DNA of 64,000 nucleotides from Candidatus Woesearchaeota archaeon (GCA_016192905.1 JACPTG010000001.1:101005-165004), one strand, 5' to 3'. Numbered from the stretch's first letter, positions 38,740 through 49,171 are shown. The notes: generated by a model not told the origin, from the letters alone. Numbers and translations are program-made.

Positions 38740-38887
38740 AGGGACACCCCAAACATTGGCCTTTGCCTATGCTGTTTTTATATTTTGTCTTTGGCTACAC
38801 AGCAAACGCGCAAACACAAATCTTGATGCCTCTTTTTTCAGGCGGCAATTGCACAACGCTTAAATACGCTCCTGCTGTCCCGGGGAC

Positions 38888-40231
38888 ATGCTTGACCGGC
38901 TGGGCGAGTCGCTGAGGAAAAGCCTGGACAGGATAACAAAGGCCCTCTTTGTAGACGAAACGCTGGTCAATGAGCTTGTCAAGGACCTCCAGAAGGCATT
39001 TCTGTCTGCTGACGTGAATGTAAGGCTTGTCTTTGACCTTACAAAGCGGATTAAGGAGCGGGCTTTGAAGGAGGAACTCCCTGGCATAAGCAAAAGGGAG
39101 CTTCTTGTAAAGATAGTCTACGAGGAGCTTGCAAGGTTCCTTGGCGAAGAGGAGGCTTCAGTTGACACCTCCAGGAAACCTGCCAGCATAATGCTCGTTG
39201 GCCTTTTCGGCTCAGGAAAGACAACAACAGCCGGAAAGCTGGCGCTGTACTTCCAGAAAAGGGGCCTGAAGGCGGCCCTTGTGCAGCTTGACGTCTACAG
39301 GCCCGCAGCCTATGAGCAGCTATTGCAGCTTGGGAAGAAAATCAACGTGCCTGTGTTGGGAAACTCCAGGGAGAAGGACCCTATAAGGATTTACAATGCA
39401 AACGAGTACGACAAGTTTGACGTCGTCATCTTTGACACAGCCGGAAGGGACGCCCTCTCTGCCGACCTGATTAGTGAGCTTAAGGCAATAAGCAGCACAA
39501 TCCGGCCTTCTGAAACGCTTCTTGTCATCTCAGCCGACATAGGCCAGGCTGCTGAAAGGCAGGCACTGGCTTTCAATGACGCGAGCAAAATCACAGGGGT
39601 AATAATCACCAAGCTTGAGGGCACTGCAAAGGGCGGCGGGGCCCTTACAGCATGCGCTGCATCAGGCGCGCCTGTCAAGTTTATTGGTGTAGGGGAAAAG
39701 GCTGACGACCTTGAAAGATTCAACCCCAAGGGCTTTGTAGGCAGGCTCCTCGGAATGGGCGACATAGAGGCACTGCTTGAGAAGGCAAGGGAGGCCATGA
39801 CAGAGGAAGAAACCGAGGACCTCAGCCGCAGGCTGCTCAAGGGCGAATTCACTCTTCTGGACCTGTACGACCAGATGCAGGCAATGAAGAAGATGGGCCC
39901 GCTTAACAAAATCATGGAAATGGTCCCAGGCATGGGCCAGCTGAAGCTCCCGAAGGAGCTAATAGAAGTCCAGCAAAGCAAGCTTGAGCACTGGAAGACA
40001 GCAATGGACTCAATGACACAGAAAGAACTGGAGGACCCTGAGCTAATCGACACAAACAGGGCTGCCCGCATCTCAAAAGGCTCAGGAGTGCCCCAGGCAG
40101 AGATAAGAGAACTGATAAAGCAGTACAGGCAGGCCAAGAAGCTTGTGAAGATGTTCAAGGGCGGCACTGAGAAGGACATGAAAAAGATTATGAAAAGGAT
40201 GGGCATGCCAGGCAGCCTTCCAATGAAATAG
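38888..40231 (+). CDS. srp54: signal recognition particle protein SRP54
   Basis: GSGKTTT, DTAGR, AKGGGAL, M domain. Confidence 0.98.
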   Translation: MLDRLGESLRKSLDRITKALFVDETLVNELVKDLQKAFLSADVNVRLVFDLTKRIKERALKEELPGISKRELLVKIVYEELARFLGEEEASVDTSRKPASIMLVGLFGSGKTTTAGKLALYFQKRGLKAALVQLDVYRPAAYEQLLQLGKKINVPVLGNSREKDPIRIYNANEYDKFDVVIFDTAGRDALSADLISELKAISSTIRPSETLLVISADIGQAAERQALAFNDASKITGVIITKLEGTAKGGGALTACAASGAPVKFIGVGEKADDLERFNPKGFVGRLLGMGDIEALLEKAREAMTEEETEDLSRRLLKGEFTLLDLYDQMQAMKKMGPLNKIMEMVPGMGQLKLPKELIEVQQSKLEHWKTAMDSMTQKELEDPELIDTNRAARISKGSGVPQAEIRELIKQYRQAKKLVKMFKGGTEKDMKKIMKRMGMPGSLPMK

Positions 40232-40268
40232 GCGTTATTTTTTAAACAACTGCTGATTCTCCTTGTTC

Positions 40269-40734
40269 ATGCCAGACTACAACCAAATTCTAGGCGGGCT
40301 TGAGAGAATCACCAAAGAAAGAGGCTTCCAGGTTGCTGCAGCCCCGGTTTTAATCAGTCTACGCGAGAGTCCATGGGTGGATAACAAACTGTGGATTGGC
40401 GCTGTAGATTACACCGTGAGTAAGGATGCTGGTGGCAACGAACCCCATCCTGCGGTTCATATAATCCAGACTGCCCATGTCGAACTTTCCACGCGAATTC
40501 CGGGAGCAATTCCCGACCCTGTTTGGAGAAATACGGCCAATTACAGATGCGGGTCTCGCAATTAGCTATTCCCTTTGCCTTTCCCTGAGAGGCGAGAACC
40601 AAGAATTTATTTCGTATGCGCAAATCGGGCCAACCTGACAGGTCATTGGCGGCTCCCGGGAATTCGCAGCTCTAGACTATGAGACCGTGTTTAACCGAAT
40701 GCTGAACAGTATCGAAGCAACAGTTGCCAGGTAG
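40269..40734 (+). pseudogene. possible frameshifted hypothetical gene
   Basis: ORF ends at 40565 but protein-like sequence continues in another frame to 40734. Confidence 0.35.
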
Positions 40735-40809
40735 TTGGCGCACGTATTCCTGGGTAAATATATAAAGCTGCCTCTTATTTCATTCTTATTGCCAGGAGCG
40801 TTTCCTTAT

Positions 40810-40903
40810 GCCGGGATCGCATAACCTGGCATTGCGCAGGCCTGGAATTTTTTCCGCAAGCCTGGCCCTCACGGGCGTCTGGGTTCAAATCCCAGTCCCG
40901 GCG
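40810..40903 (+). tRNA. tRNA-Ser(GGA) with 11-nt intron (40848-40858)
   Basis: GCCGGGA acceptor, long variable arm, G73. Confidence 0.92.
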
Positions 40904-41088
40904 TGTTTTTTCACAAAGTAAGCGGATGGCTAAAAGCCATACAAGGATATTGCTGAGAAACTTCCCAATCAGCTTGCCGAAAGCCCTCTGGTTCTGCTTG
41001 TTGCTGCAAGTGGGAAAAAGGATCAACAGGTTACAATAGGTCATATCAAGGAAAACCTGAACGAGTTTAGAGCCGTTGCTGAAAAACT

Positions 41089-41223
41089 CTAAGCCAAGCG
41101 CCTATACCTGCCATTTTTCAGGTCATCCAGACTATTTGCAAACTGCCTTGCAAGCTCAAAGTCTATTGCTTCGAGCTGCTTTAGCCTTAAGTATTCCTGC
41201 CTGGGTATGGTAACTGTTTCCAT
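41089..41223 (-). CDS. small orphan antitoxin-like protein
   Basis: Hand translation METVTIPRQEYLRLKQLE..SLDDLKNGRYRRLA. Confidence 0.6.
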   Translation of the reverse strand: METVTIPRQEYLRLKQLEAIDFELARQFANSLDDLKNGRYRRLA

Positions 41224-41237
41224 TAAATTAGAAAAAT

Positions 41238-41453
41238 TTACTGCATCGTTCCTTTTCTCGCCTCTGCAACCCCGCGCTCAATCTCCTTCCATCCATCAGC
41301 AGGCATGCTCTCCCATATCCCGGCATAATCCAGAAGGCGTTTCTTTTTGCCAAAGCCTTCCACAATTAGCTCGGAGAAGCTTTCGCCTGGCCGCTTGTTC
41401 CTCAGCAGCAGCTTGTAGGCCTCCTCTGTAAGCGATATGGTCTTTTTGGCCAT
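41238..41453 (-). CDS. VapB-family antitoxin (DUF217-like)
   Basis: KTISLTEEAY..K..ESFSELI, AGIW. Confidence 0.85.
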   Translation of the reverse strand: MAKKTISLTEEAYKLLLRNKRPGESFSELIVEGFGKKKRLLDYAGIWESMPADGWKEIERGVAEARKGTMQ

Positions 41454-41541
41454 GGGTATGGGTATGATACACAGTGTTTAAACTTTACGCTAAATCTGGG
41501 ATTATCACAGCATATTTAAGGGTGAAAATTTTCCCGCCCTA

Positions 41542-42231
41542 ATGCCCGACACCCTTACATTGGAGATTGAGAAGCAGGCAAAGGCAAGAGGCCTTTACGA
41601 CATGCTGGAAGTGTATTATAGAATCAGGGCGGTTGGACTTCCTGGCCGGGTTGATGCAATTTTTCTTGTCCCGAACACTCAGGATAATGAGTGGTCTATC
41701 TTTACAGGAGCCAAAAGTCTTGAATGGCTATCACAGATGTTTCTGATTCTGGACGGGGCAGAGGCCAACGGGTACCCTGGCTTTGAAAACTGGTACAGGA
41801 GATTTTCAGACTATGTTAACAGTGAAAGGATCAGGATGGTTCCCATAGCAGACAGGCATAAGGTAAACACCCTTTCAAAGTTTAAGGCGCTGGTTCCCTG
41901 GGCAATGGAGCAGGGAATTACTTCTGTCTGCCTTGTCCCAGCTCCCTTCCATTACCTTCGTAGTTTTATGACGGCCGCAAGCGTTGCGATAAGGGAAGGC
42001 GTTGCCATAGGGGGAGTTCCAGAGCTTCGGATATATACCCATGCCGGAGCAGAGCAGCCATGGGATGAGGTGGTTTATCATTCACAGGGCACTAAAAGGA
42101 ATACAAGGCGGGGTTTTGTCGGGGGTGAGCTTGACGAGATTGTCAAATACCAGCGTGATGAAAAAGATGGCTTACCAAACAGCATCGAGCCTACTGCAAG
42201 AATACTGGAATATGTTGGGACTCTTGCATGA
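41542..42231 (+). CDS. YdcF/DUF218-like protein
   Basis: DAIFL, NT, LV..PFHYLRS. Confidence 0.5.
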   Translation: MPDTLTLEIEKQAKARGLYDMLEVYYRIRAVGLPGRVDAIFLVPNTQDNEWSIFTGAKSLEWLSQMFLILDGAEANGYPGFENWYRRFSDYVNSERIRMVPIADRHKVNTLSKFKALVPWAMEQGITSVCLVPAPFHYLRSFMTAASVAIREGVAIGGVPELRIYTHAGAEQPWDEVVYHSQGTKRNTRRGFVGGELDEIVKYQRDEKDGLPNSIEPTARILEYVGTLA

Positions 42232-42262
42232 TGTTATAGTAAATCTCGCAAATGTTCATTAT

Positions 42263-42889
42263 TTACCGAGATTCGCTATTATACGCTGGCGCAGGCTGGG
42301 GAACCATGTACCCAAGAGCCTGGCTGACCTTGGCAAAGCTTCTTGCAATTCTTTCCCTTAGCGGGTCCTTTGGAGGCCCAAAGTCACAGCGGTTTCTTAA
42401 GTAATGATACGTGACAGCTCCCAGGTAAAATAAACCTCCGGCAAAATTAACCGCGCCCCTAAATTGTGCATCCCTGTCTTCAGTCATTAAGCCATATGCA
42501 AAATCGCCCGCGCCCTTGAATAAGCCGATTGAGCCAAATGCATAAAAAGGCAATAACTGATACTGCTGATTTCTTTTTAGTATTTCTTTGGCTCCTGCCT
42601 CTGGAAACCCAGAATTGTTGGTCAAGAAAAGGTCAAATCCAACGGTTGTTGCGTAAAAAACAGCACATTGAAGGGAGCTTGCAATTATGCCTGCCGGGTC
42701 ATTGAGTGCGTATAATCCAAATGAAGGTATCGTAACCGCCCCAATCGCAGTTGTCAAATTGTCGATATGCAGGCCTGTCTTTTCCTGAAAGCCGTTGCCT
42801 ATCCTGCTGTTTAGCCGCAATGCCAACCGGTCCAGGAATCCAAATACTGTAAAGTCATTAGGCCCATTCAGCTTTTGTTCAAGTGACAT
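42263..42889 (-). CDS. hypothetical membrane protein
   Basis: Several hydrophobic segments. Confidence 0.6.
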   Translation of the reverse strand: MSLEQKLNGPNDFTVFGFLDRLALRLNSRIGNGFQEKTGLHIDNLTTAIGAVTIPSFGLYALNDPAGIIASSLQCAVFYATTVGFDLFLTNNSGFPEAGAKEILKRNQQYQLLPFYAFGSIGLFKGAGDFAYGLMTEDRDAQFRGAVNFAGGLFYLGAVTYHYLRNRCDFGPPKDPLRERIARSFAKVSQALGYMVPQPAPAYNSESR

Positions 42890-43073
42890 GCAAAAAAACA
42901 AAAAAGCAGGGTTTAATAATCTTTGCTTTTTTGTTACTATTAAGTTAAGAATATGAACCCACCTACAATGATTGGTTTGTGAAGATGAGGAAGGGGTGAA
43001 CGAAAAACGCAGAGTTAGCCTGCAAAAAAAGTTTTGCACAAGATTTATATATAATTACTTCTAATTATTGTAA

Positions 43074-43283
43074 ATGACTGAGGGCATTTCCCTGGTAATT
43101 ACAGAGCATGCGAGGGAACAAATGTTCAACAGGGGCATAGATGAGGATCAAATAAAGCAGGCGATTAGGATGGGCGCAAGGTTCAGGCAAACTGACGGGT
43201 TTAAATCAGTTTATACCTACATAGGGGTTTGCTATAAAATAATCGGGAGCAAATACATAGTAAAGACCATAACAATCGAATAG
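43074..43283 (+). CDS. DUF4258 (RelE-like) toxin
   Basis: ITEHAREQMFNRGI, IVKT. Confidence 0.8.
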   Translation: MTEGISLVITEHAREQMFNRGIDEDQIKQAIRMGARFRQTDGFKSVYTYIGVCYKIIGSKYIVKTITIE

Positions 43284-43291
43284 GTGATGAA

Positions 43292-43624
43292 ATGACAAAA
43301 TGCTACATTTGCGGCAAATGGGAACTAAAGGCAATTGTAAAGCCCTATGTCCTGTACGGCGAAAGCCTTGGAGATTTTGAGGCAGAACAGTGCAGCAAAT
43401 GCGGCGAAGTTTTCTACAATGAGGAGGCTTCACGCAAAATGACAGATTCTGCCAAGAAAAAGGGGCTTTGGGGGCTGAATGCCGAAGGCAAAATCGGCCA
43501 GTCAGGGACTACACTTGATGTCAGGCTGCCCAAAAGGATAATTGACTTCATGGACATAAAAAAAGGCAAGCCTGTAAAAATATACCCCGAAAGCAGGAGC
43601 AGGATAGTTATTGAGCTTGGATAA
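43292..43624 (+). CDS. YgiT zinc finger-AbrB antitoxin
   Basis: CYIC..CSKCGE plus G..L.VRLPK AbrB motif. Confidence 0.85.
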   Translation: MTKCYICGKWELKAIVKPYVLYGESLGDFEAEQCSKCGEVFYNEEASRKMTDSAKKKGLWGLNAEGKIGQSGTTLDVRLPKRIIDFMDIKKGKPVKIYPESRSRIVIELG

Positions 43625-43669
43625 CTAGCAGGTGAAACCCTTATATACCGGCAGCCTTCGGGCATCCTG

Positions 43670-45508
43670 ATGCGGCTATTCCCTTATGAGCAGGTCCGGG
43701 ACGGGCAGAAGCTTTTCATGGAGGACGTTTACAGCGCAGTCTCATCAGGAAAATGCCTTGTGGCCCATGCGCCTACAGGGCTTGGAAAGACCGCTGCTGC
43801 ATTGTCGCCTGCGCTTGAGTTGGCCATTGAGAAAGGGCTGACTGTCTTCTTCCTGACTTCAAGGCAGACCCAGCACGCAATCGCAGTGGAAACGCTTGCG
43901 AGGATAAGGCTCAGGCATAAAGCAAGGTTTGCCGCAACCGACATCGTAGGCAAGAAAAACATGTGCGCCCAGCCAGGAGTCCAGGCTTTGCCTGTCAGCC
44001 AGTTCCACGAGTACTGCAGGTCATTAAGGCAGAATAACCAGTGCAGGTTTTACACTAACTTGAGGAGAAGCGGCGAGATTTCCAATGAGGCTCAGGCGGC
44101 TGTTTCCGGGCTGAAGGCTGACGTGCTGCATTCAGAGCAGGCTGTTGAGCTTGGGAAGAAATGGAGCGTCTGCCCCTATGAGGCCTCTGCACTTGCCTCC
44201 TCGGATGCCTCAGTAATCATAGCCGATTACTACTACCTTTTCCATCCGAAGATAAGGGAGGGCTTCCTCAGGAAGACCGGCAAGTCGCTTCAGGAATCCA
44301 TAATCATCATTGACGAGGGCCACAACCTGCCGGACCGGATGAGGGAGATGCTTACTTCCAGAATTTCGTCATTTGTCCTGGAAAGGGCAGCCGGAGAAGC
44401 GAAGAGAACCGGCGGCCCAATGGCAGAGGAGTTTATTTCAAGTTTAAGGAGGGCAGTGAGCTCAAACTCGGATAATGATGGGGAGAGGATAGTAAAGAAA
44501 GCTGACCTCACCAACGCGTTGAATGGCTTTGACATCGTATCCTGCCTGAAACTCCTTGAGACAATCGCTGACTCTGTAAGGGAGGAGGACCGACAAAGCT
44601 ACTGCGGCTCTGTAGCCGACTTTGTGGCTGCATGGGTTTCAGGCAGCGATGATGGCTTTGCCCGAATCTTCTCAAGGTCAGGCCGGGCCTTTTCATTATC
44701 ATTCAAGTGCCTTGACCCTGGAATTGAGACCGGAAAGGTCATTGCGCAGGCGCATAGCGTGGTCATTATGAGCGGAACGCTGCTGCCAACCTCCATGTAC
44801 AGGGAAATCCTTGGCTTTCCTGAAGGGACTGTGGAGCGCCAGTACAGGAACCCGTTCCCGCGGGGCAACAGGCTGCCGATGATAGTAAATTCCGTAACAA
44901 CCCAGTACAGCCTGCGCTCTGACGAGGAATTCAGGCGAATAGCAGAGGTATGCATCCAGGCATCAAGGGAAATCCCAGGCAACATGGCAGTCTATTTCCC
45001 AAGCTACCAGCTTCTGGGCGAAGTCCACAGGCATGTGTACGGAAAGGTTGACAAGCTGATATTCACAGAAATGCCCAACATCAGCAAGGAAGAAAAGGCA
45101 AGGCTCTTGTCGGATTACAAGGCCTGCTTTCTCCGCGGCGGCCTCCTCATGGCAGTCATTGGAGGAAGCTTCAGCGAAGGCATTGATTTGCCCGGCAACC
45201 TCCTAAATGGCGTGCTGATAGTCGGCCTGCCGCTTGCGCAGCCAGACCTCTACACAAGCGAGCTGATAAGGTTTTATGACACAAGATATGGAAAGGGCTG
45301 GGACTATGGCTATGTTTTCCCTGCCTTCACAAAAGCCCTGCAGTCAGCCGGAAGGTGCATCAGAAGCGAAAATGACCGGGGGGCAATGCTATTCCTGGAC
45401 AGAAGGTATGCCTGGCCCAGGTACTATTCCCTGTTCCCAGGAGACCTTCGGCCTACGGTTACCAGGGAATTCGTCCCAAAGCTACGGGATTTCTTCAAGC
45501 CTCAATAA
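43670..45508 (+). CDS. XPD/Rad3-family Fe-S DNA helicase
   Basis: APTGLGKT, Fe-S cysteines, DEGHN, SGTL, EGID, QSAGRCIR. Confidence 0.95.
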   Translation: MRLFPYEQVRDGQKLFMEDVYSAVSSGKCLVAHAPTGLGKTAAALSPALELAIEKGLTVFFLTSRQTQHAIAVETLARIRLRHKARFAATDIVGKKNMCAQPGVQALPVSQFHEYCRSLRQNNQCRFYTNLRRSGEISNEAQAAVSGLKADVLHSEQAVELGKKWSVCPYEASALASSDASVIIADYYYLFHPKIREGFLRKTGKSLQESIIIIDEGHNLPDRMREMLTSRISSFVLERAAGEAKRTGGPMAEEFISSLRRAVSSNSDNDGERIVKKADLTNALNGFDIVSCLKLLETIADSVREEDRQSYCGSVADFVAAWVSGSDDGFARIFSRSGRAFSLSFKCLDPGIETGKVIAQAHSVVIMSGTLLPTSMYREILGFPEGTVERQYRNPFPRGNRLPMIVNSVTTQYSLRSDEEFRRIAEVCIQASREIPGNMAVYFPSYQLLGEVHRHVYGKVDKLIFTEMPNISKEEKARLLSDYKACFLRGGLLMAVIGGSFSEGIDLPGNLLNGVLIVGLPLAQPDLYTSELIRFYDTRYGKGWDYGYVFPAFTKALQSAGRCIRSENDRGAMLFLDRRYAWPRYYSLFPGDLRPTVTREFVPKLRDFFKPQ

Positions 45509-46290
45509 ATCCCGCCTGCAACTTCCCCTCCCACCTCTGCCTGGTTTCCGGAAGTTGCCCTTGTCCTCGCACTGGAACCTATTCCGATGCTCAGGCGGCC
45601 AGCACTAACTGTAACGTTGGCATCAGCCGGAATGCCGAGGCCAACGCCCACATTGCCATTTAAATCCATGCCAACCTTAACCCTGGTCCTCACCGAGCCG
45701 CCTGAAACGATTGCCTCATTACCCCGCACAGTTACCTGCGCATTCTCCCGGGTCTCCAACTGCACGACCGGAGCCATTACATACTCGCCCTGGCCAGTTG
45801 TGTGCAGCGACTCATCTGCCTGGAAGTCAAAAACAGCAACAGCAGTTGAATTCGCCTTCACTGTGAATTCGCCCTTTATCTTAAGCTCATTGGAAGGCAG
45901 CTTTGCCTCGTGGTCGCCCTCAGAATCGGTAACGACCACCTTTGAAATTCCAAGCCTGACCTCATTATAATTGCCCTCCCACAGGGCTGCGTCAGCCATG
46001 ACCGCCTGCTTTCCCTCTGCCTTCAGCTGCAGCAGGTCATAAGTTTGCCTTGACGAGGACAAGTCAACCCAGCTTCCTGCCTCTGACCTCGCCCTTACAC
46101 TGTCAACAGTCACCTTCACGCTGGTTACCGCGGCCATATCTGCGGCTGCATCTGTCATCGTGTATACGGCCCTTCCGGACTGCTGCGACGTGCCTCCAGA
46201 TGAGCCTGAGCTGCTACTCTGGTAGTTGCCCTCCGCGCATCCAGCCAGCAGCAGAACTGCAAATACAGCTAAAACTGAAAGAATTTTCAT
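45502..46290 (-). CDS. DUF4382 lipoprotein
   Basis: LLAGC lipobox, TDA, YDLLQL, KLPS..LK, DF..SLH. Confidence 0.85.
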   Translation of the reverse strand: MKILSVLAVFAVLLLAGCAEGNYQSSSSGSSGGTSQQSGRAVYTMTDAAADMAAVTSVKVTVDSVRARSEAGSWVDLSSSRQTYDLLQLKAEGKQAVMADAALWEGNYNEVRLGISKVVVTDSEGDHEAKLPSNELKIKGEFTVKANSTAVAVFDFQADESLHTTGQGEYVMAPVVQLETRENAQVTVRGNEAIVSGGSVRTRVKVGMDLNGNVGVGLGIPADANVTVSAGRLSIGIGSSARTRATSGNQAEVGGEVAGGIY

Positions 46291-46412
46291 GGTTTGCACC
46301 CCTCCGAGTTTACCCATTTACTGATGAGCATGCTTCGCCCCTTTATAAGGCTTTATTAATAACTTTTATAAATTCCCGGGATTTAGCGCTTTTCCTGACC
46401 GGGACGAAAACT

Positions 46413-46487
46413 GCCTCGCTGGTGTAGTCCGGCCAATCATGCGGCCCTCTCGAGGCCGCGACCTGGGTTCAAATCCCAGGCGAGGCA
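46413..46487 (+). tRNA. tRNA-Glu(CTC)
   Basis: Cloverleaf, anticodon loop CTCTCGA. Confidence 0.96.
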
Positions 46488-46564
46488 TTTTTAACGCAGT
46501 ATAAGAATGCCGAGAAGAGGCCTTTGATTTTCATGCAGCAAATAGCAGGTATTACCAATGGCGA

Positions 46565-46654
46565 TTATTCTTTATACGCGTCCTTTCTGTGATCAAAACA
46601 GTTGATAATTATTTTATCCTCCTTTTTGAATTCTTCAGAAAATAGAAGATGCAT
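46565..46654 (-). pseudogene. RelE/ParE toxin remnant with internal deletion
   Basis: MHLLFSEEFKKE joined to DKIIINCFDHRKDAY, directly after an AbrB gene. Confidence 0.65.
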
Positions 46655-46656
46655 TT

Positions 46657-46932
46657 TTATGCCATCAATAAGTCGTCAATCTCCTCATCACCCATAGCAG
46701 TATCTGCATCAACGAACCTGCCTTCCTTAATCTGTTCCTCGCTTCTCCTGATTTTTTCAATACGGAGCATATCGTCCCTCAGCGCCTCCTGCCTGATTTG
46801 CTTCAGCATAATGTTCCCACCTTCATTAAAAACTATGAATTTTGCAGATGGCTTAATGCCCGCGTCTTTCCTGACTTCCACAGGTATTACCACCTGGCCA
46901 TTCCTTGAAATTTTAGTTATGGACACTTCCAT
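46657..46932 (-). CDS. AbrB/MazE antitoxin
   Basis: TKISRNGQVVIP.EVR. Confidence 0.9.
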   Translation of the reverse strand: MEVSITKISRNGQVVIPVEVRKDAGIKPSAKFIVFNEGGNIMLKQIRQEALRDDMLRIEKIRRSEEQIKEGRFVDADTAMGDEEIDDLLMA

Positions 46933-46963
46933 AATTACCGCCTGTTTTAATATTTAATGCTGA

Positions 46964-47052
46964 ATAATAGGCGCTGCGCTCACGAAGCTTGTCCAGTCCA
47001 TGGTCAATGACATAACAATGCCGTTCCTGAGGAGAAGGTCGCCAGGAAATAG
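46964..47052 (+). pseudogene. MscL remnant
   Basis: IIGAALTKLVQSMVNDITMP matches MscL TM1; remainder missing. Confidence 0.55.
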
Positions 47053-47090
47053 CAAAGGCATAAAAATCAGGGATTTCTACACAGCGCTGT

Positions 47091-47191
47091 GCCAGGTTGG
47101 CAGAATCCGGCTATTGCGGCGGTCTCGAAGCGTTTACGCTGGGTGAACCGTTGCCCGAAAGGGCTTCCAGGTTCAAATCCTGGGCCTGGCG
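47091..47191 (+). tRNA. tRNA-Ser(CGA) with 16-nt intron (47130-47145); integration target
   Basis: Cloverleaf with long variable arm, G73, BHB. Confidence 0.93.
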
Positions 47192-47217
47192 TGAGAACCA
47201 TATGGCGTATATCCAGA

Positions 47218-47247
47218 TTTAATACGGAGAAACAAGCTCCGTATTAA
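47218..47247. promoter_or_regulatory. 11-bp inverted repeat upstream of the integrase
   Basis: TTAATACGGAG-N7-CTCCGTATTAA; half-site recurs near 55732-55743. Confidence 0.55.
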
Positions 47248-47289
47248 CTGGTTTATTAAGCCGTTTGCTATTTCTTGCTGAATAAAAAA

Positions 47290-48606
47290 ATGGAAACAAA
47301 AAGACTTGATATATACCCTGGGAGAAGTAAGAGTTTTGACTTTGAGCTTGCCAGGCTGCGAGAAAGCAAGATAAGTGCCAGAAACAAGGAACTGATTATA
47401 GAGTTCCAAAATTACCTGTTTTCTACTGGCACAAATTCTTACAGGGTAGGAAAACTCACAGGTCAGCTTAAGAGGCTCTGTGAGGTTTTGGGGAAGGACC
47501 TTGACATTGCTTTAAGGAAGGATATTATGGACTTAATTGCGCAGTATAACAGGCTACAAACACTTTCTGAGGCTACCAAGGCTGATTATAGACGTTGCAT
47601 TAAGCAGTTCTATAAATGGTTTGAGGAAGAAGATAAGCGGGTTTCAAGCCCAAATGACAACATCAGAGAAGAGACCAAGAAACTATACTGCTTTCTTAGG
47701 AAAGAAGTAAAAATCGCATATAAAGCGAAGCAGGTCGATTCAAGTGCAATTATAACTGACGATGACCTTGACCTTGTAATTGAAAGGGGATGCAGAACAA
47801 TCAAAGAGAAAGCGCTGATTAAGCTACTTCACGAGACAGGAGTCAGGGCTGGAGAACTTCTAAATATGAAGTTAGGTGATATTGAAATCAGGGACAATTA
47901 TGGAGTTGTAAAGGTTGATGGAAAGACAGGCAGGCGTGAAGTGCCTGTAGTGACCTCTTTGCCTTATTTGGTACAGTGGCTTGACTTACATCCATTCAAA
48001 GGGAGCAATCATGCTTATTTGTGGACAGGGGAAAACAGGGCACATTTGTATAAACCTCTTTTGCATAGGGGCGTCCAGAAGCTTGTGGACAAGTGCTTTG
48101 AACGGGCAGGATTGCTTAAATGCGAATATGCAGAAATTAGGCTGGAAAGTGGTAAGACAATACGGAAGGTTGTCAAAAGGTCATTCGTCAAAAAAACCAA
48201 TTTGCACTGGTTTAGGCATAGCAGAGCAAGTTTACTTGCGCCCTACTTAACCGAAAGCCTACTTTGCAAATATATGGGCTGGACATTGGGAAGCAAACAA
48301 ATCAGAACCTATGTCCATCTTTGCACCAAGCAACTTGAATCAGCAGTCCTCTCTTTGCGAGGGATTAATACTGCTGAAGAAAAACCACAAAGTCAGCCCA
48401 TAAAATGCATTTGCGACACGATAAACACTCCAACAGCGAGATATTGCTACAAGTGTGGGAAGCCACTATCAATGGCCATCGTAGCACAGGATTCTGAAAT
48501 AATAAAGGAAGAAACTGACAAGACAATAAAGCTGTTACTTGAAATAGCAAACAACCCTGAACTTTTGAAGAAGTTTGAGGACTTCAAAAAGACCAAAAGC
48601 GGTTAG
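47290..48606 (+). CDS. tyrosine recombinase/integrase with C-terminal zinc ribbon
   Basis: TGVRAGE, DGKTG, HWFRHS, MGW, YVH; C.C..CYKCG. Confidence 0.96.
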   Translation: METKRLDIYPGRSKSFDFELARLRESKISARNKELIIEFQNYLFSTGTNSYRVGKLTGQLKRLCEVLGKDLDIALRKDIMDLIAQYNRLQTLSEATKADYRRCIKQFYKWFEEEDKRVSSPNDNIREETKKLYCFLRKEVKIAYKAKQVDSSAIITDDDLDLVIERGCRTIKEKALIKLLHETGVRAGELLNMKLGDIEIRDNYGVVKVDGKTGRREVPVVTSLPYLVQWLDLHPFKGSNHAYLWTGENRAHLYKPLLHRGVQKLVDKCFERAGLLKCEYAEIRLESGKTIRKVVKRSFVKKTNLHWFRHSRASLLAPYLTESLLCKYMGWTLGSKQIRTYVHLCTKQLESAVLSLRGINTAEEKPQSQPIKCICDTINTPTARYCYKCGKPLSMAIVAQDSEIIKEETDKTIKLLLEIANNPELLKKFEDFKKTKSG

Positions 48607-48711
48607 AGAACTTACATACCTTTTTCGGAGTTTTGCTCTCCACCCACAATTCCATCAATGCAGCTGACCTAACAAATAACCTTAAATATATTAATCAGCT
48701 TCTTCTAATTT

Positions 48712-49095
48712 ATGCCGCTGGGAAAAAAGGAAGCAGTAATAGTGGACATATTAAAAGAGCTTCTTAATAGAACAAACAGGATTAGTGAATTTGATTTAAC
48801 ACAAAAACTATGTTATGATTATAATCTGTCCTCTGAAAGAGAAGCAAAACATGTGATTAAATTACTCAGGGGTAGTGGTTTTATAGAATGGGAAGGCGAA
48901 CCTGAAGGTCAAATGATTTCTATTAATCCGAACGGAATTAAATTTTTAATGGACTATGAATTTAAGCAGACACAAACTATGATACTCAATAAACAAACTG
49001 ATATTTTAAATACTACCAAAATCATATATTGGATTTTAGCTATCGCTACTGTATTTATGGCAATAGCAACCATTATTATAGCTTTTAAACCTTAA
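48712..49095 (+). CDS. wHTH protein with C-terminal TM helix
   Basis: L..SGFIE..INPNGIKFL; hydrophobic tail. Confidence 0.6.
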   Translation: MPLGKKEAVIVDILKELLNRTNRISEFDLTQKLCYDYNLSSEREAKHVIKLLRGSGFIEWEGEPEGQMISINPNGIKFLMDYEFKQTQTMILNKQTDILNTTKIIYWILAIATVFMAIATIIIAFKP

Positions 49096-49171
49096 TATTA
49101 CCCGTAACACAACAATTAGACAGTTTTTGTGTTAACAAACCTTTAAATATTTCTTATCGCTAATAAAGCCT

